A stretch of 64,000 nucleotides of DNA. Source: Cycas panzhihuaensis (taxonomy: Eukaryota > Plantae > Cycadophyta). Below the pieces are notes generated by a model, which did not search any database, was not told the origin of the DNA, and worked only from the letters and a program-made list of their open reading frames with translations. The stretch covers positions 48,057,741-48,121,740 of the forward strand of contig CM041465.1 of the NCBI GenBank assembly GCA_023213395.1, in the 5' to 3' direction. Shown piece by piece: positions 41,004 through 54,829 of the stretch (positions are counted from its first letter, which is position 1; every line of letters starts with the position of its first letter). The position numbers were made by a program, and so were the translations under genes.

Positions 41004-43934
41004 TTCCAATGAAGAAACATATACATATGCAAATATTCAGATAGGAGATAAGTGCATTTTTTTCACTTGCATAGGGTGACAAGAAGTAAGGAGGCTAATT
41101 ATTACTTATATAAGTGTACCATCTTGGAATATTTTCTCTTTTGAGATCAATACAAATTTTAGGGGTTTGATTTTCACTGAGCGACAATCTTCATAGCCTA
41201 AAAGATGATCCAAGTGAGAACATTGATAGATGTAGTTTTTTTTGGTTGAAAAGATTAGTTTTAATATTTCTCATTCTGAATAGCAGTGTAAGATTATAAT
41301 ACTATAGATAAAAGCTTGAAGATTGAAGTAAATATTTAGTATATGTAGGCTTATAACTAATTAGGATTAACAAATTAGTATAGTTAGTAGTATCATAATC
41401 ATTGAAGTTGTTAAAGAAGAGAGTTTAATTTATACTTCAAAAATTTCATAAAGATTCTCCTCACATCCCATAAAGAGAAAATAAGAGAGTAATATGGGGT
41501 GTCTCTTATGACCCAGGTGTAGGCAATCCTTACATCTTACAACCCATGCATCTCATAATTGCACACCCTACATATAGTACTCACATCATGAGCTTGTAAA
41601 ATATGAGTGTGGGAGTGGACCAACCATAATAAAGATAAATTTCAAAGTAAATTTTTATTAAAATTTCCCACTCAACTCATTAAGTGTCTAATAAATATTC
41701 TAGTGTATCTTTTAATGTGTGAATTTAATTTGCACATCTCCCTCTTTCTTGCTAAATATTTGAGTTGGTTTGTCTATTATACCATGGTTGCTCACATTAA
41801 ACCTTCAAAATTTCTTAAGTTCCTAAAGTAAGGGGTTACTATTTGCACTTAAGCATTTTTAATGAGATGACTTAGAGAACTTAGTATTTTGCAAGAAAGT
41901 CATGGTATCCACTAATTAAAAGATTAAGAATCATCTATTCCAAATCATTGATCATGTATAAGATTGCTTAAAATTGGATTTGTCTTTTATATGTGATGAA
42001 TATTATTTAACTGTGAGGAGACTAAAGAGTTTTAGCTTATCGCCAATAAGCTACATAGTTGAAACAATTCTTGTTGATTATATCATCAAGGTGTATACTA
42101 CTCCATTTGATAAGGATAATAGGGAGATCCCTGATCAGAGAAGCAAATCCTTTTTCTTTCTAACATCATAACATTTTCAAAGGATTTTGGTATTTCTAGA
42201 GCTTACTAAGATACTATCTCCAAATGAAATCAACTCTCTAAATAAGAGGGTTATTTAGTATCATGTATATCTTTATGAGGTAAAAATGAAACTTGAAAGA
42301 AAAGAAAATAGAAGTAAAATTTTACCATCAGAGAGTAAAAAGAAAGGGAGACAACTAATAAGGGACATAGTATTAGCCCCACCATATTTGAGAGACTTGT
42401 TAAGTATCAAGAACTACAAGGTGAAGACAAAGGAAAGTAGAGTAAGAAGTCAAAGTTAAGGGAAAGCTCTACTTACTTTGGATGATCTCAACAAAGAATT
42501 AGATAAGCCAACATTGTTTTCCCATCCCTTAAATGTAAGGAAATTCTAAAGAATATGTGATGAATAAACAAAATCAATCACAAGTAATGGCCAACCCTTT
42601 TAGAGATTTCCATCATAGTGTATAGAAAAGATACAGGCTTACTTGGATCTAGTTAAAGCTTACATATTATTGATCAAGACCAAGTCACTACAACATTTTA
42701 AACATGATATGAAGAAAGAAAAATAGGTGCCAAAGATGATATTTAGGTAGCTAAGTAAGTTCCTAATAACACAATGTAACTACTGACCCTTTGATTGCAA
42801 TAAAATAAGGGGTACTTGTTTATTTGGAGAGAGTGGATCTTTGAGGATTTTTTCCTTTTCTTTCCTCCTTCCTAAGAAGGATTATTGTAAGTGAGGATTT
42901 GAAATATATAGTCATTTAATTTGTAAGTTTTGGGATTTTAGTTGCTTGGTATATTTTTAGCTCTAAGGCTTCAAGGCTTATAATTTTTGTTCACAAGTTT
43001 TGGAAGTGTAATTGAGGGAGTTCTAGTTACATCTACTCCTCTCAATTTGTATATTGCATGCTATTAATGAATTAGAATTCTATATAACTAGTCATATCTA
43101 TTATTTGGATGAATTTTTATGATCATGCAATGGCAGTATAGTATTTCTTTTTTCTCATATACTTTAAACTTTATTTTAGTTTGATTTCTCTTTACTTAAG
43201 TTTCTTCCTTTATTGTTTAAAGACTATATCAAACATTTAACATGGTTTAGTCTTTTCTTTTTACTTTTGAATAACTTTTATATATAATATACATTGCATA
43301 CTATGGTTTCCCTAGAGATACTTTCATTTTTAGTTATCTTGATTTTTTTTGTGATAACATACAAGAATGCTTTGTAGATGAGTTTATTTAGCTTTTAAGA
43401 AATCTTTTGCTAGAAGACAAAAAAATATAGATAGTGACTTTAGTATAGTAGTTAGTTGTTAGTCTTTGGAGGTGGTCCTAAATAGTGGTTTCTCAATAGG
43501 AGGGAGCCTTATTATGTGTTTTGGGCACTTTGTTTAGCACATGGGAGGTTCTATCCATTCATTGTGTGTCTTGAATCCCTACCTTAACCTTCTCAAATGC
43601 ATCATACAAGAGTTACAAGCAAGGAAAAGAGACACAATATTGGAGCATAAAGAACCAAACTTCCATTATCAAAAGGGCCCTACATCTGGTCCTCTCACAA
43701 CCATATGTAGGCCTGAATAATATACAAAAGGTTACAGTTGGATGGCACTCACAGGAGTATACAACAATACAATACAATACGACCTCTTCCTTTTACCGTA
43801 ACTTATTTATATTTCCCATCTACAGTTGCAACTACTTTATATAACAATATTTCTTTATATTATTTTATTTTATACATGACTAATGCTACCCTAATTTTCA
43901 TAGATTGTTGCCCTAATTATACTAGACACTGCCC

Positions 43935-44137
43935 AAGTTGCACTTATCAGAAATTTAGTTGTACTTGCCAGTAATATGGTTGTACCTACCTACTACTTGG
44001 TTGCACCTACTAGTAACCTAGTTGCACTTGCCAACTACCTAGTTATACTTATCAGTAGCTTGGTTGCACTTGCCAGCTACTTAGCTTTACCTACTAATAA
44101 CCTAGTTGTACCTATTAGCTGCTTGGTTGTACCTATT
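43935..44137. repeat. 21-bp tandem array (consensus ~AGTTGCACTTGCCAGCTACCT) in the 3' LTR of G
   Basis: GTTGCAC/GTTGTAC core recurring at 21-bp spacing; counterpart at ~52812-53010. Confidence 0.85.
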
Positions 44138-44329
44138 TAAACCCTACTTACATATGTTGTTTTCCTCAAAGTAATAGTTGCGTCTTTGGCCACACACATC
44201 TCTCTTATGGCTACTTTAAATGAATAATATACTCATTTAAATTTATTTATTTTTTTTCTCTTCCTTCTTATTCTCCCTTTAAAAATATCTCACTTCCCTT
44301 TATTTCTTAATTAGGCCTCCTAGATTCTT

Positions 44330-45900
44330 GCTCTTTCTCTATGGGTATACTCTATATCAGGTATGATAATTTGTGGAGGCAACCTCAAACCATTTTATTT
44401 TATGTACTCACCTAATAATGCTACATCCCACATTATGTCTAATTATGGAAGTGTAGGTAATTCTCCTGAATACAATTGTTCTATTTCTTGGGTCAGTTCT
44501 TTATTTAGTCTCTGTGTGAATTCCAACTTTGACTAGTATAAATTCATCTCCTTCCATAACTTCATATAACACTCTGATTCTTTGTAAGACTTCAGGATCC
44601 ATGCACCTGACCGATGATAAACATAATATATATCTTTTGGAATATATTGATTGGACCTTTCCTTGAATTGTTGTAGTTGAGAGATGACTTCATCAATGTC
44701 ATCAACCCAATCCAATATAAATTTCTTCAAGGATTCTAATTTTTCTTTGGTCACTTGATGAATTATCTTTAGTGATTCTTCATCCAATTTAGCTATGCTT
44801 TCTAACTTCATGACTAGCTATCTGGTTACTCAAGCCAGAAAAGATGTCTTCCAACTAGACACATTTTGTGGGTCGTATTTTATTGGATCTAATCCTTCTT
44901 TAAGTATTTCCTTGTTCATGTTATATTCCACCTCCAATGGCTAGTTTTCAATCTTCTCTATAACTTCTTATTTTCTTTTCTCTTGAGCTAGTCTTATCTT
45001 TTTCTACCTTTTGAACTCACTTTCTACATACTCCTACTATTTACTGCTTTCTTTGTCCTATTTCCTTTTCTATTTTTCTTTTTTTATATCCTTTTGGAGA
45101 GCTTCTTCCTTCTTACTATCTATTTCTCCTTAAGAGATCTTTACCTGCGAATTTTCTTTTCTATTCTCATCCTCTTCCTTAATTTCGATCACCAACATCC
45201 TCTGTTGATATTACTTTTACCCATTCTTGGATCATGTTCTAGATTTTTGTCCACTTCTCCTTACTAATACCACTACTAGTCTAATAGGCTAAGGGCACTT
45301 GTTTCTCTCCTAGTTCAGGTATTACTATCTATGGGTATTGAGCAATCAACAATCCTTACAGAATTATCACGTGATAGAAGGTAATGAACTTTACCGTCTC
45401 CTGCACCGTTTGCAGATTTTGCAATAATCATCTTGCTATAAAGTTTGCTTAGTTGTAATGCTTCTGTTGTGCTATCTGATTCACTATCATTCTAAGATTC
45501 ATAGGTGCCAATAAATTCTTTTGGATTAGGATAACCTAGTAAAGATGAAATGTGCTAGAAATCTTTTTTTTAGTGACTGGATTCCTACGATCCAAATTCC
45601 TAAGGTGGAGGTGTCCTTCTCACTTGCTTCGATATGATTTGCTACTTCTTCCCTAGTTATTTGGTTATCTCTTATCACAAATTTATCATCCTTAGGAAGA
45701 CTAGTAAGTGATGCTATCGAGTCTTTAGAGATTTACAATATCTTCAACTGTGCTACTATGAATGGGGTTACCATACTCATAAACTTTGCCATGCATGGGA
45801 AGGTTCTGACCAATATATTCTTATAGAGTCCTATGTCTATCATTAATTATTTTCTCATGTCTTCATCTCCCATGACCTACCATTCTGTGTGAATTTAAGG
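44330..45900 (-). pseudogene. Extra ORF between pol and 3' LTR of G; K/E-rich coiled-coil-like protein of unknown function
   Basis: ORF 44533-44811 plus upstream K/E/R-rich codon runs interrupted by stops. Sits in the env position. Confidence 0.55.
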
Positions 45901-46649
45901 ATCATCATTTTCCCTAAACAAAAATATCTTTGTCATCCTTATGCGTCACTTGGCTTGCCGCTCGTAGTCTTGTGATACTCTATTTGATTTGACATCTCAA
46001 TACTCATTCTTAAATGTTCCTTCGTTGTGCTGTATCCCTCCTACTAGATAGTGACATTTGATTTGAATTGATAAGTCTCATCATTCCTCATAGTGGTCAT
46101 ACTAAGTACACACCATACAGTTGGTTATTTCTTTACTGATCATATACACATTTCTCGACATCATTTGACAACCGTCACATTGGTAGTCATACCATGCCAT
46201 TGGTAATTAGTTTTGGTTGCTATATGTCTTTCTATCATGATCTCACTATAAATTTAAATAAGGTGGTTATACTGTGCCATTAGTTGTTTCCTTATTTACT
46301 TATTATTACTTTTAGTAACTGCAGTTATCACATCATTATCTTTAACCTTGTTGAATTCTCTAAATATCACCTTATGGTAGAGATCCTATCCCCCTAGTTC
46401 TTTATGCTCTTTTTTTTTTTTTTTTTAAATTTTTATTAGTTTTATATTTTATATAATTTTATCCTAATACCATTGACCAGCCTGGTCAATGGTTGACCAT
46501 ATAATTGCTCTAACTTAACTGCTCTATTTTTACAAATATGAATGACTTTATAAGGGCTTAATGCTTTGATTTTCATCTTACTTGGTTTTATTTTAAATTT
46601 ACTATCATATAGTAAAAATAAGTTATTTACGTTATATTTAGGTTTCTTT

Positions 46650-49600
46650 AGATGTCAATCATGCTAGGCTTTGCATCTTCTTTTCTCTACCTATAGCTCC
46701 CATAGGGCTCAAGATCATATTTCATCCAACTTCATTAGTTGAATGAATCTTTGATCATAAGAAATTTCTGGTTCCAACCTTAGCTGCTATGCCACTTGCA
46801 GGCTTTCTTCGTAAAATTCCAAAGGAACCATTATTTCCAACCTGTATGCCAATTGAAATAGAGTGTATTTATGTGGCATTTTCTTCATCATTCTATCTAC
46901 CCAAAGAACTGAATGTAACTTTTCTACCTAATCTGTCTAGTCTACATTGTAAATTTTTATTAGGGATATCTTTAAGATTTTATTCATGCTTTCAACCTAT
47001 CCATTCACCCTGGGGTAGTATGGTGAAGATTCACCATGTTGTATTAGAAACTCAGAGGTTAAATATTTGATTGTTTGATTAAAAAAACTCCCTCCTTGAT
47101 CTAATACAATCTTCAGGGGACAACCAAACCTTACTATGATGACTTCATATAAAAATTAGGCTGTACTCCTTTCATTGCATTTCCTCGTTGATTTGGCTTT
47201 TGTCCATTTTATTAGAAAATCTATGGTCACTAATATATACCTCACATTAGTTTTATGAGTTGGAGGGATGATTGGTCCTATGAAATCTAGCCCCCATTTT
47301 TAAAATGGTTCTTGGGCTAAGATGGAATTTAAGGGAAGATAGTTCTATTTAGAGGGCTTACGTATTCAACGGCAAATGCCATATGTTTTTACCTATTTTT
47401 TAGCATCTTTGAATAAACTTAGCCACCATAATCTAGCTAATAAAACTTTTCAAGTTGTGGCTTCACTCCCATGATAAGTTGAAGTTGCTCTCTTATATTT
47501 CTCTCTTAATATTGATTACACTTCATGTTATAATATGCATCTCTTGAGCACTTCATCTAACCTCATTTTATACAACATGCCACCTATGAATTGGAAAGGA
47601 AAGACTTTCTTAATAAAACTACTTCTTTCTACCTTTTCAATCCCTTTAGGTATTTATTCCATGGACAAATATTCTACAATCCCTTCATACCAAGATGGAA
47701 TAGCTTCAATGGAAAATAATTTATGGTCTGGAAAGTCATCAAATATCCTAGTACCTAGTTCTCCTTCTTTTATCCTAGATAGATGGTTTGGTATCACATG
47801 TTTATCCTCCTTTTTTACCATGATTTTAAACATAAACTCCTTAAAAAGCATTAGCCAATGACTAATCTTTCCTTGGAGAATAAGTTTATTGATAAGATAT
47901 TGCATAACGTAATGGTAAACAAAGAATACAAATAGGTTAGTGAGCAAGTAATGCCAAAATTTTTACAAGGTATAAATCATGCTAAGCCCTTCTTATTCTG
48001 TAACTATATAGTTGCATTTGACTGATGTTAGTTTTTGACTTATAAATGCAATAGGAAGATCTATTTTTTCATTAGCAGGTTGAGCCAATACGTATCCAAT
48101 CACGTACAACAAGGCATCTACATGTATATGGAATGACTTGTTCCAATCTAAAAATCTAAGCACAGGGGCTTCTACTATCCTTTTCTTTAAAGTGTTAAAG
48201 GACAATTATTATCTCATTATCCATTCCTATTTCTTTGCCTTCTTGAGCAATGATTCTAAGGGATAGGCAATTTGAGCATAACCCTTATAAATTTTTGGTA
48301 ATATCTAATCATTCCCAAGAATCCTTTGAGATTCTTTAGGTTTTGAGGAATAAGAAAATTTAAAATTACTTTCACCTTTACTAGATCCATCATTAATCCC
48401 TCCTTTGAGACAATATAAACCAATAGGGATCCAAATGGTATCATAAAGGTACATTTATTTGGATTCAAGCATAATCTATTTTTCCTACATATTTCTAGCA
48501 TTAGTCTTAATTGGGACAAGTGATCTTTCAACAAACTGTACAAAGTCCAATAATAAAAAAACACTTTAATTGCCTTTCCTATAAACTCTTAGAATATGTT
48601 CAGAATTATTCGTTCAAATGTTACTGGGGCATTAGTTAGCCCAAATGGCATTACTCAATAAGCATATGTGCCCCATTCTATGACAAATATGGTTTTCAAT
48701 TGGTCTTTAGATGCTATTTAGACTTGATTATATCCACTAAACCTATCAGTGAATGAGAATACCTTGTGTCCTATAAATTTTTCTAATATATCCTTGGTGA
48801 AAGGAATTGGAAATGGGTCTTTCTCGGTAGCTTTATTTAGGGCCCTACAATCAATACATACACACAACTTTCCATTCTTTTTAGGTACTACCACTACTGG
48901 GCTTACCCACTCACTCTTTTCCACCTCAAAAAAATATCCCACTTCTGACAATTTATCTAATTCTACTTTTACTTATTCCTTATATCAGGGATTCATCCTA
49001 TAGGGCCTCTACCTTACATGCTTTACCTTTTCCAGCAATTTGATTTTATGCACTTCTACTTCTGGGGGAATTCCCTTTAGGTCCTTATAGGATTAAACAA
49101 ACACATCTCTACATTCATAGAAGAGTGCTACTACCTACTGCATAACTTTAGGTTCCTAATATTCCCCCACTCTTCTCCATTTAGGATCTATTTCAATTCC
49201 TATATTAATTTGTTTTAATTTAAGTTATTTCTTTTGAACTATTTTCCCATCTGAATTTAGCCCATAGGTTGAGGTCTGGCATATTTCCTTTTGACTATAT
49301 TCTGTGGTAGAATATGCCTAGGGAAAATTTTAAGCTTCATCTTATTTCTGTAATTGATAGTAATTCCTTTCCCTAAAAGGGAAAATATTTTACAGTCCTA
49401 ATATTAATTTGGTAGGTGTAGGATTTTGAGACAAATATTTTTCAATCACATTATAGTCACATGTCTTATTATTAGGTAACAAGTGCAAATAATCATCTTG
49501 GATTTTATTAGAAAGAGAATCTTTTACATGACTTTCAATTTCACCTTTTTCCTCATTATGAGATACAAGATTACCTATGTTTTTTTGATTCTGTTGTTGC

Positions 49601-51700
49601 TTATTTGGGCATAGCTCCAATTAGTAATAGTTGGAAGATGTGTCACCCATTTCCTCCCAGCTTGTTTGTAGCCAGTCCAATAAATAAGTCAATGACTCCT
49701 CACTTGAAAGATGAGGAGGAGTTTTCAAATCTTGAAATGTTATCTCTGAATAGGGATTGGTTGTAGTGGCTGATGAAATAATGGTTTCAGATATTATATC
49801 TGTCTTCAACTTTTTCAATGTAAGGCCCATCTGAACAAAGGGGTAGTACTATTTTCTTTCTTACAGTGTGTAGGGTAAAAGTTAGTTTCCCTCAATCTTG
49901 TAATGCCTCTATTGCAAGTAACCACAGTCTTCCCAAGAGCACTAGATATGTCTTGTTGTGATTTTACATCCTAGTAATTACAAAATCTAATCAAACTATG
50001 ATCCCTACAACTGTGATCAAAATGTTTAACAAAGACCCCCATTGGTCTGACTTGCAATTGATTAGCTAGTCTAATCACATAATCTAGGGAAACCATTTAT
50101 GGTCATCTTAATGAAATCCATGTAGTCTTTGGGAGTACATTTACTCTCGACCTACCATCTACAATAGTTTTATAGATTATTGTACTAAAAAGGGTCATAG
50201 GAACTCTAGGGTCAATTGAATCTATTTTTAATGCTCATAATACAGGTTTTTTAATTTGATCCAAAATTTCCTGCTAAAAGTAGCAAGCCTCCCACCACTT
50301 AAAAAATGATATAAATAGGAATAGAGATCCCTATCTCAATCAATAAATCCTTCATTTCTTGTATCTTCTACTGGGGATTCTTCTCAGGTTGTTCTTCATG
50401 AAATGTCATTCATCTATGATAAACCTGGCCTTTGAATCTATTAGCTTATTTTATTTCCTCCTACTACACTATCTTTGTTGCCTTATGCAAAGCCCACACA
50501 ACCTCTTGTAGTCTTTTCTTTTTAAATTCTAGGTCAAAATTTTTTTTAACAACTAGTGTGGTAGTGATTTTTTCTCTCCTTATCTAAATGTAGACTAGCT
50601 GCTCCTTGTCTAGAGCCTTGATTGCTAAATTGGAAGTTTACACTTTTAGACTAGAATTCTTTGATAAATTTTCCATTCATGGTTTGCCAGATCACATTCC
50701 TTATAGATGTAATCTCCTTCTTGTTGTTGCAGTGGGTAGTCTATTTGAAAGTGTCCCTATCTTGAACATAGATGATAATGGATTAGTTTGGTTTTTCCTT
50801 TATACTACTTAAAGGAATTACCTTCCTTCCTTTAGTAGAATGACTCCCTTACTGGTGTTTTGTAATAACACTCCTATGTATGATTGTTCCCTCTCTTACA
50901 AATTTCATACCATCACCTTTCTCCCATTTGTTGATGTTCATTCTTAAAATGACCTGATTATCCATAGGGAGGTGGACACCAAATGTTTTCTTGAGATTTC
51001 CCTATTCTTAATTTAGCTATCTCTACCCTTAATTTTTTAATTTCCTCGTTTTGTTGGCTTATATCAGGAAGCACAATAGGGGCTTGTTGTTTCAACATTT
51101 CCACCTCATTTCTTAGAGCTTTTACTTTAGGATTTGTCATCCATTAGGATACACTCATTTGCCTATCATTTTAAATTCCCACATGTAAATAACCTATTCT
51201 TATTTGGTTTTCAAAGCAGAAAGCTAAGTCCTTGACTTGTTCATAGCTATTCATTAGATGAAAAATAATTTTTTCTTTTAAATGGGGTAATAATCCTTGT
51301 ACAAAATATTTTAAAGATAACATTGGGTTCATGGGTATAACATGATCCATTTTATTCATGATGATCAAGATTCTACCATTAAAATCATTCATAAACTCAC
51401 TTGATACCTATCAGATATCTTCCAGGGCTTGAAAAATAAACATAGGATCCCACAATCATTAAAACCTATCTAGAAACTATGTTTGAAATACCTCCCATAT
51501 TGGATTTATTTTTGCCATGTACTGGTACCAGGCTATTACTACCCCTTACGGCATTGAGAAAAATTATGCCTTAATTTCATCTAGGTCCTTAATTTTCTTA
51601 ATTTTTAGCATATTAGAAAATAATGGTAGATGGTCTCCTAGGTCTCCCAAGCCATTAAACTGTAAATGCCCAAATATAATGTCATTTTAAACTATCACAT
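46650..51700 (-). pseudogene. gag-PR-RT-RH-INT of element G
   Basis: gag 51171-51392; IVDGRSRVNV (PR); SEWVSPVVVVPKKNGKLCVCIDCRALNKATEKDPFPIPF..SGYNQV (RT); FHIHVDA (RH); WGLDFIGPI (INT, internally deleted). Confidence 0.92.
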
Positions 51701-52811
51701 ATAGAGGATTTACCTAGTTTCCTCCCCAAGTTGCATTTCCTTGCACCTAATTTATTGGTCCTATTAGCATTGGCCTACCCTGTGCAATTCTATTTGCATC
51801 TCTTACTAGAATTGCTAAGTTTATTCCTCCACCTTTACTCATCCCTTGATTCTGGAGAATATTGTTTACACTCTTTGGGCTTCCTCCTAACAACATTGAG
51901 CCTAAAAACATATTTGCCATCTTACTGTAAAGCAGGTTTAGTATATAGGAATGGGAGTCCTTGACGTCTACTAGATAATGATCCCACCCTACTGTAGTGG
52001 TGCTATATACTTCTAAACTTAATGGTTTTCCTTCTTATGAATTGGTTTGCTCCTCTTCTATGCTCTCAGGGTCTTTGTCCTCTATCCATTTCAAGGCTTC
52101 TGCGTGTAATTCTTGGGTTTCTTCCCAGGTGCCTTTCACACCTTCTTTTTCTTCACTTTCTTTTTCTTTGCTTCCTTTTCCTTATCCACGTAGGGTCTGA
52201 CTTTCTTCTCATTTATCTTTTGTAGGTTTCCTTTTGACCTACTTTTTGTCAACTAGTTCTTTGGGTTTACAAATACCCTCTTGACTCCTTTATGCCTCCC
52301 ATTGCTGACTTCATTCTTACTTAGTCTCAACCCTTATTATGGAGTTGACCCTTGGTGGCATGGATAATTCCCCCCCTTACTCCTTCATCCTTGGCTACTC
52401 ATTCTTCCATCCTTAGCTACTCATTCTTCTTCAATTCTAGATATTGACAATAGAACCAATGTGTGCCTTGAATCCCTACCCTAACCTTCTCGAATGCATT
52501 ATATAAGAGTTACAAGCAAGGAAAAGAGACACAATATTGGAGTAAAAATAACCAAACTTCCATTATCAAAAGGGCCCTACATTTGGTCCTCTCACAACCA
52601 AACACATGCTTGAATAGTGTACAAAAGGCCATAGTTGGATGGCACTCACAAGAGTATACAAGAATACAATACAATATGCCCTCTTCCTTTTACCATAACT
52701 TATTTATATTTCCTATCTATAATTATAACTACTTTATATAACGATCGTTCTTTATATCATTTTACTTTATACATAACTAATGGTACCCTAATTTATATTA
52801 GTTGCTGCCCC

Positions 52812-53010
52812 AATTGCACTGGATGCTACTTGAGTTTCACTTATCAGAAATCTGGTTGTAGCTACTCATCACCTGATTGTACCTACTAGTAACCTAGTTA
52901 CATCTGCTAGCTGCCTGGTTGTACTTACTAGTAGCCTGGTTATACCTGCCAGCTACCTAGTTGTACCTACCAACAGCCTGGTTATACCTATTTAAAGCCT
53001 AGTTGCACCC
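52812..53010. repeat. 21-bp tandem array in the 5' LTR of G
   Basis: Same unit as 43935-44137. Confidence 0.8.
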
Positions 53011-53487
53011 ATTTTTTCCCTCAAAATAATAGTTACCTCTTTGGCCATACACATTCATTGGGCATGTGTGTTGCCCATTGGCTGGTTGCACCATGTATAA
53101 TACAAGGTATTTTCACCTATAATGATATTTTTCTTAGTGATTTCATATTGAAATTAAGTTAGACCTATTATAAGGTATTCTCCATGTTATTTGATGGCAA
53201 GTTATAATGTGCTACACTGAAAAATTAGGTGGCAAGTCTCTATTTTGGGCATAAATGCTCAAATGAGAAGATGGATATTTTTCTCTTTAGATTTCACCCC
53301 TTTTTAGTAGTTTTTCACATAAATAAGGATGGTAATATGTATATACATCAAATCTACCATTAAATCTAGGATTTATAGTGATTTTCTAAAGAAAAACACA
53401 TGTTGAAACTCTCATGTTGGAGTTTCAGCATATTTGGAAGTCAATGTAAATTATTATTTTCTCCAATTTTTCTATGTGTAAATAGAG

Positions 53488-53879
53488 TGTTAAGACCATC
53501 AAGATCTAAGACTCATGCACATTAATCATAAATATTAAATAAACTAGCTTTAATGAATAATGAAATATACATGAATAAATAAAGCAAAGCAAATGAGAAA
53601 GTTATAGGTGAATTAGTCACCATGTATGTCTCTCTCATGGGAAGATCTTTTACATTAATCACTAAAAATCATCAAGATACAAAGGCGTGGGGTATAATAT
53701 ATAGGTCATCCACCAATATTACAAGGTATTTGATAGGCTGACTAAGTAGCAAAGGGGGCGGACCTGAGCTCATTATCAAATATCATTAAATTACATCAAG
53801 GGTCCCTTAATCTTTATAATATAAATATTAAATTACAATAATATAAAGAAATGGTGGGTGCTATTAGATAGTTTTAACA
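53488..53879 (-). mobile_element. Solo LTR (392 bp)
   Basis: TGTTAAGA...TTTTAACA inverted ends; near-TSD TAGAG/TGGAG; TATA-like CCTATATATTATA on minus; no PBS or PPT adjacent. Confidence 0.7.
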
Positions 53880-54347
53880 TGGAGTATGGTAAGTTCCAAA
53901 AGTTGTTATAGATTATGAAAGTTTGAATTTACAAAAAAATTAAAGAAAAATGATCAAATTTATATTTTGTATGTTGTCAAACCTCCAACACCATGCACTA
54001 TACATTAAAAAAATTTGATTAAATTTATATTTTTGATGAAGGGGGTTAAATGCCCAATTTTTGGATGATATATTATTACTATTTTAGCAATAATTCCTTT
54101 GTATGATATTATAACTTAGTTTTATCTAAAGCATTAGAAATCTAGCTTATATACCTTTGAAACAAGTGGTTACAAGGTATATTTTGATTATAACTTAGTG
54201 TAGTTTTTAATTGATGAAGTGGAGAAAATATCTTAGATGTGCCTTTTATTTAAGATTTTGGCTTAGCTAATGATGGTTGTTGGGATGAGTGAGTGTGTTT
54301 TTCTTTGTCTATTGATTTCATATTAACACCAACATAATATTAAAAAT

Positions 54348-54730
54348 TGGGGGGGCAGGGGGGGGTGGTTGGGTGTGTTAATATTACATGACATGTGTAA
54401 TATTAACTTATGTTAAAGTCACTAATAGGCATACACTATGAATGGCTATGTATGTGCTCACCTCACTCATCTATTTTTGATTAGACAACATAGTGGTGTG
54501 CCATGTGATTAGTTAGGAAATAGATAGTATCACTCTATTTAAAAGGATAATTTATCATGTAACAATTGAGTGATTCATTGTGAATGGAATAATAGTTGTT
54601 AGCTCCCATGGTTTTTCCATATATAAATCTTATATCTTACTTGTTTGATATGATGCTTGATTATGTGCTTAATTTATCATGTTTGTTTTATCTCTTCTAA
54701 TGATTCTATAATGCATTTCAATTTCTATCA
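54348..54730 (+). mobile_element. G-rich PPT followed by a probable 3' LTR (54376-54730)
   Basis: G-tract then TGTTAA...TATCA; TATA-like CTATTTAAA at ~54535; GGTTTTTCC motif. Parent element uncertain. Confidence 0.55.
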
Positions 54731-54829
54731 ATAGGAAGTTTTATGCCATAGTCCATATTTTAAAAAATTATTCTATTTAGTTTAAGACCATAATTATCAA
54801 ATAATTAATTTCTTCTTAATTCAAAAGCA

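Larger units (their letters stand above)
1827..43562 (+). mobile_element. Host Ty3/Gypsy Tat-type element A (aRH-RT-RH-INT order, TatII-like), fragmented by nested insertions; the 3' non-coding part probably continues at 53054 onward
   Basis: The pol segments join once the inserts are removed: GFLGY|NEGLVPEEDQHKT across 3069-7617, W-T-K|E-A-K-D-A across 8141-33837, and PYF|TS across 34992-40363. Confidence 0.8.
43563..53053 (-). mobile_element. Non-chromovirus Ty3/Gypsy element G (Athila-like) with 3' extra ORF
   Basis: LTRs 43563-44198 and 52460-53053 (TG...CA). Perfect TSD TTCAT (43558-43562 / 53054-53058). PBS TGGTTCTATTG.. at ~52441-52458 (minus). PPT after 44198. Confidence 0.93.
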
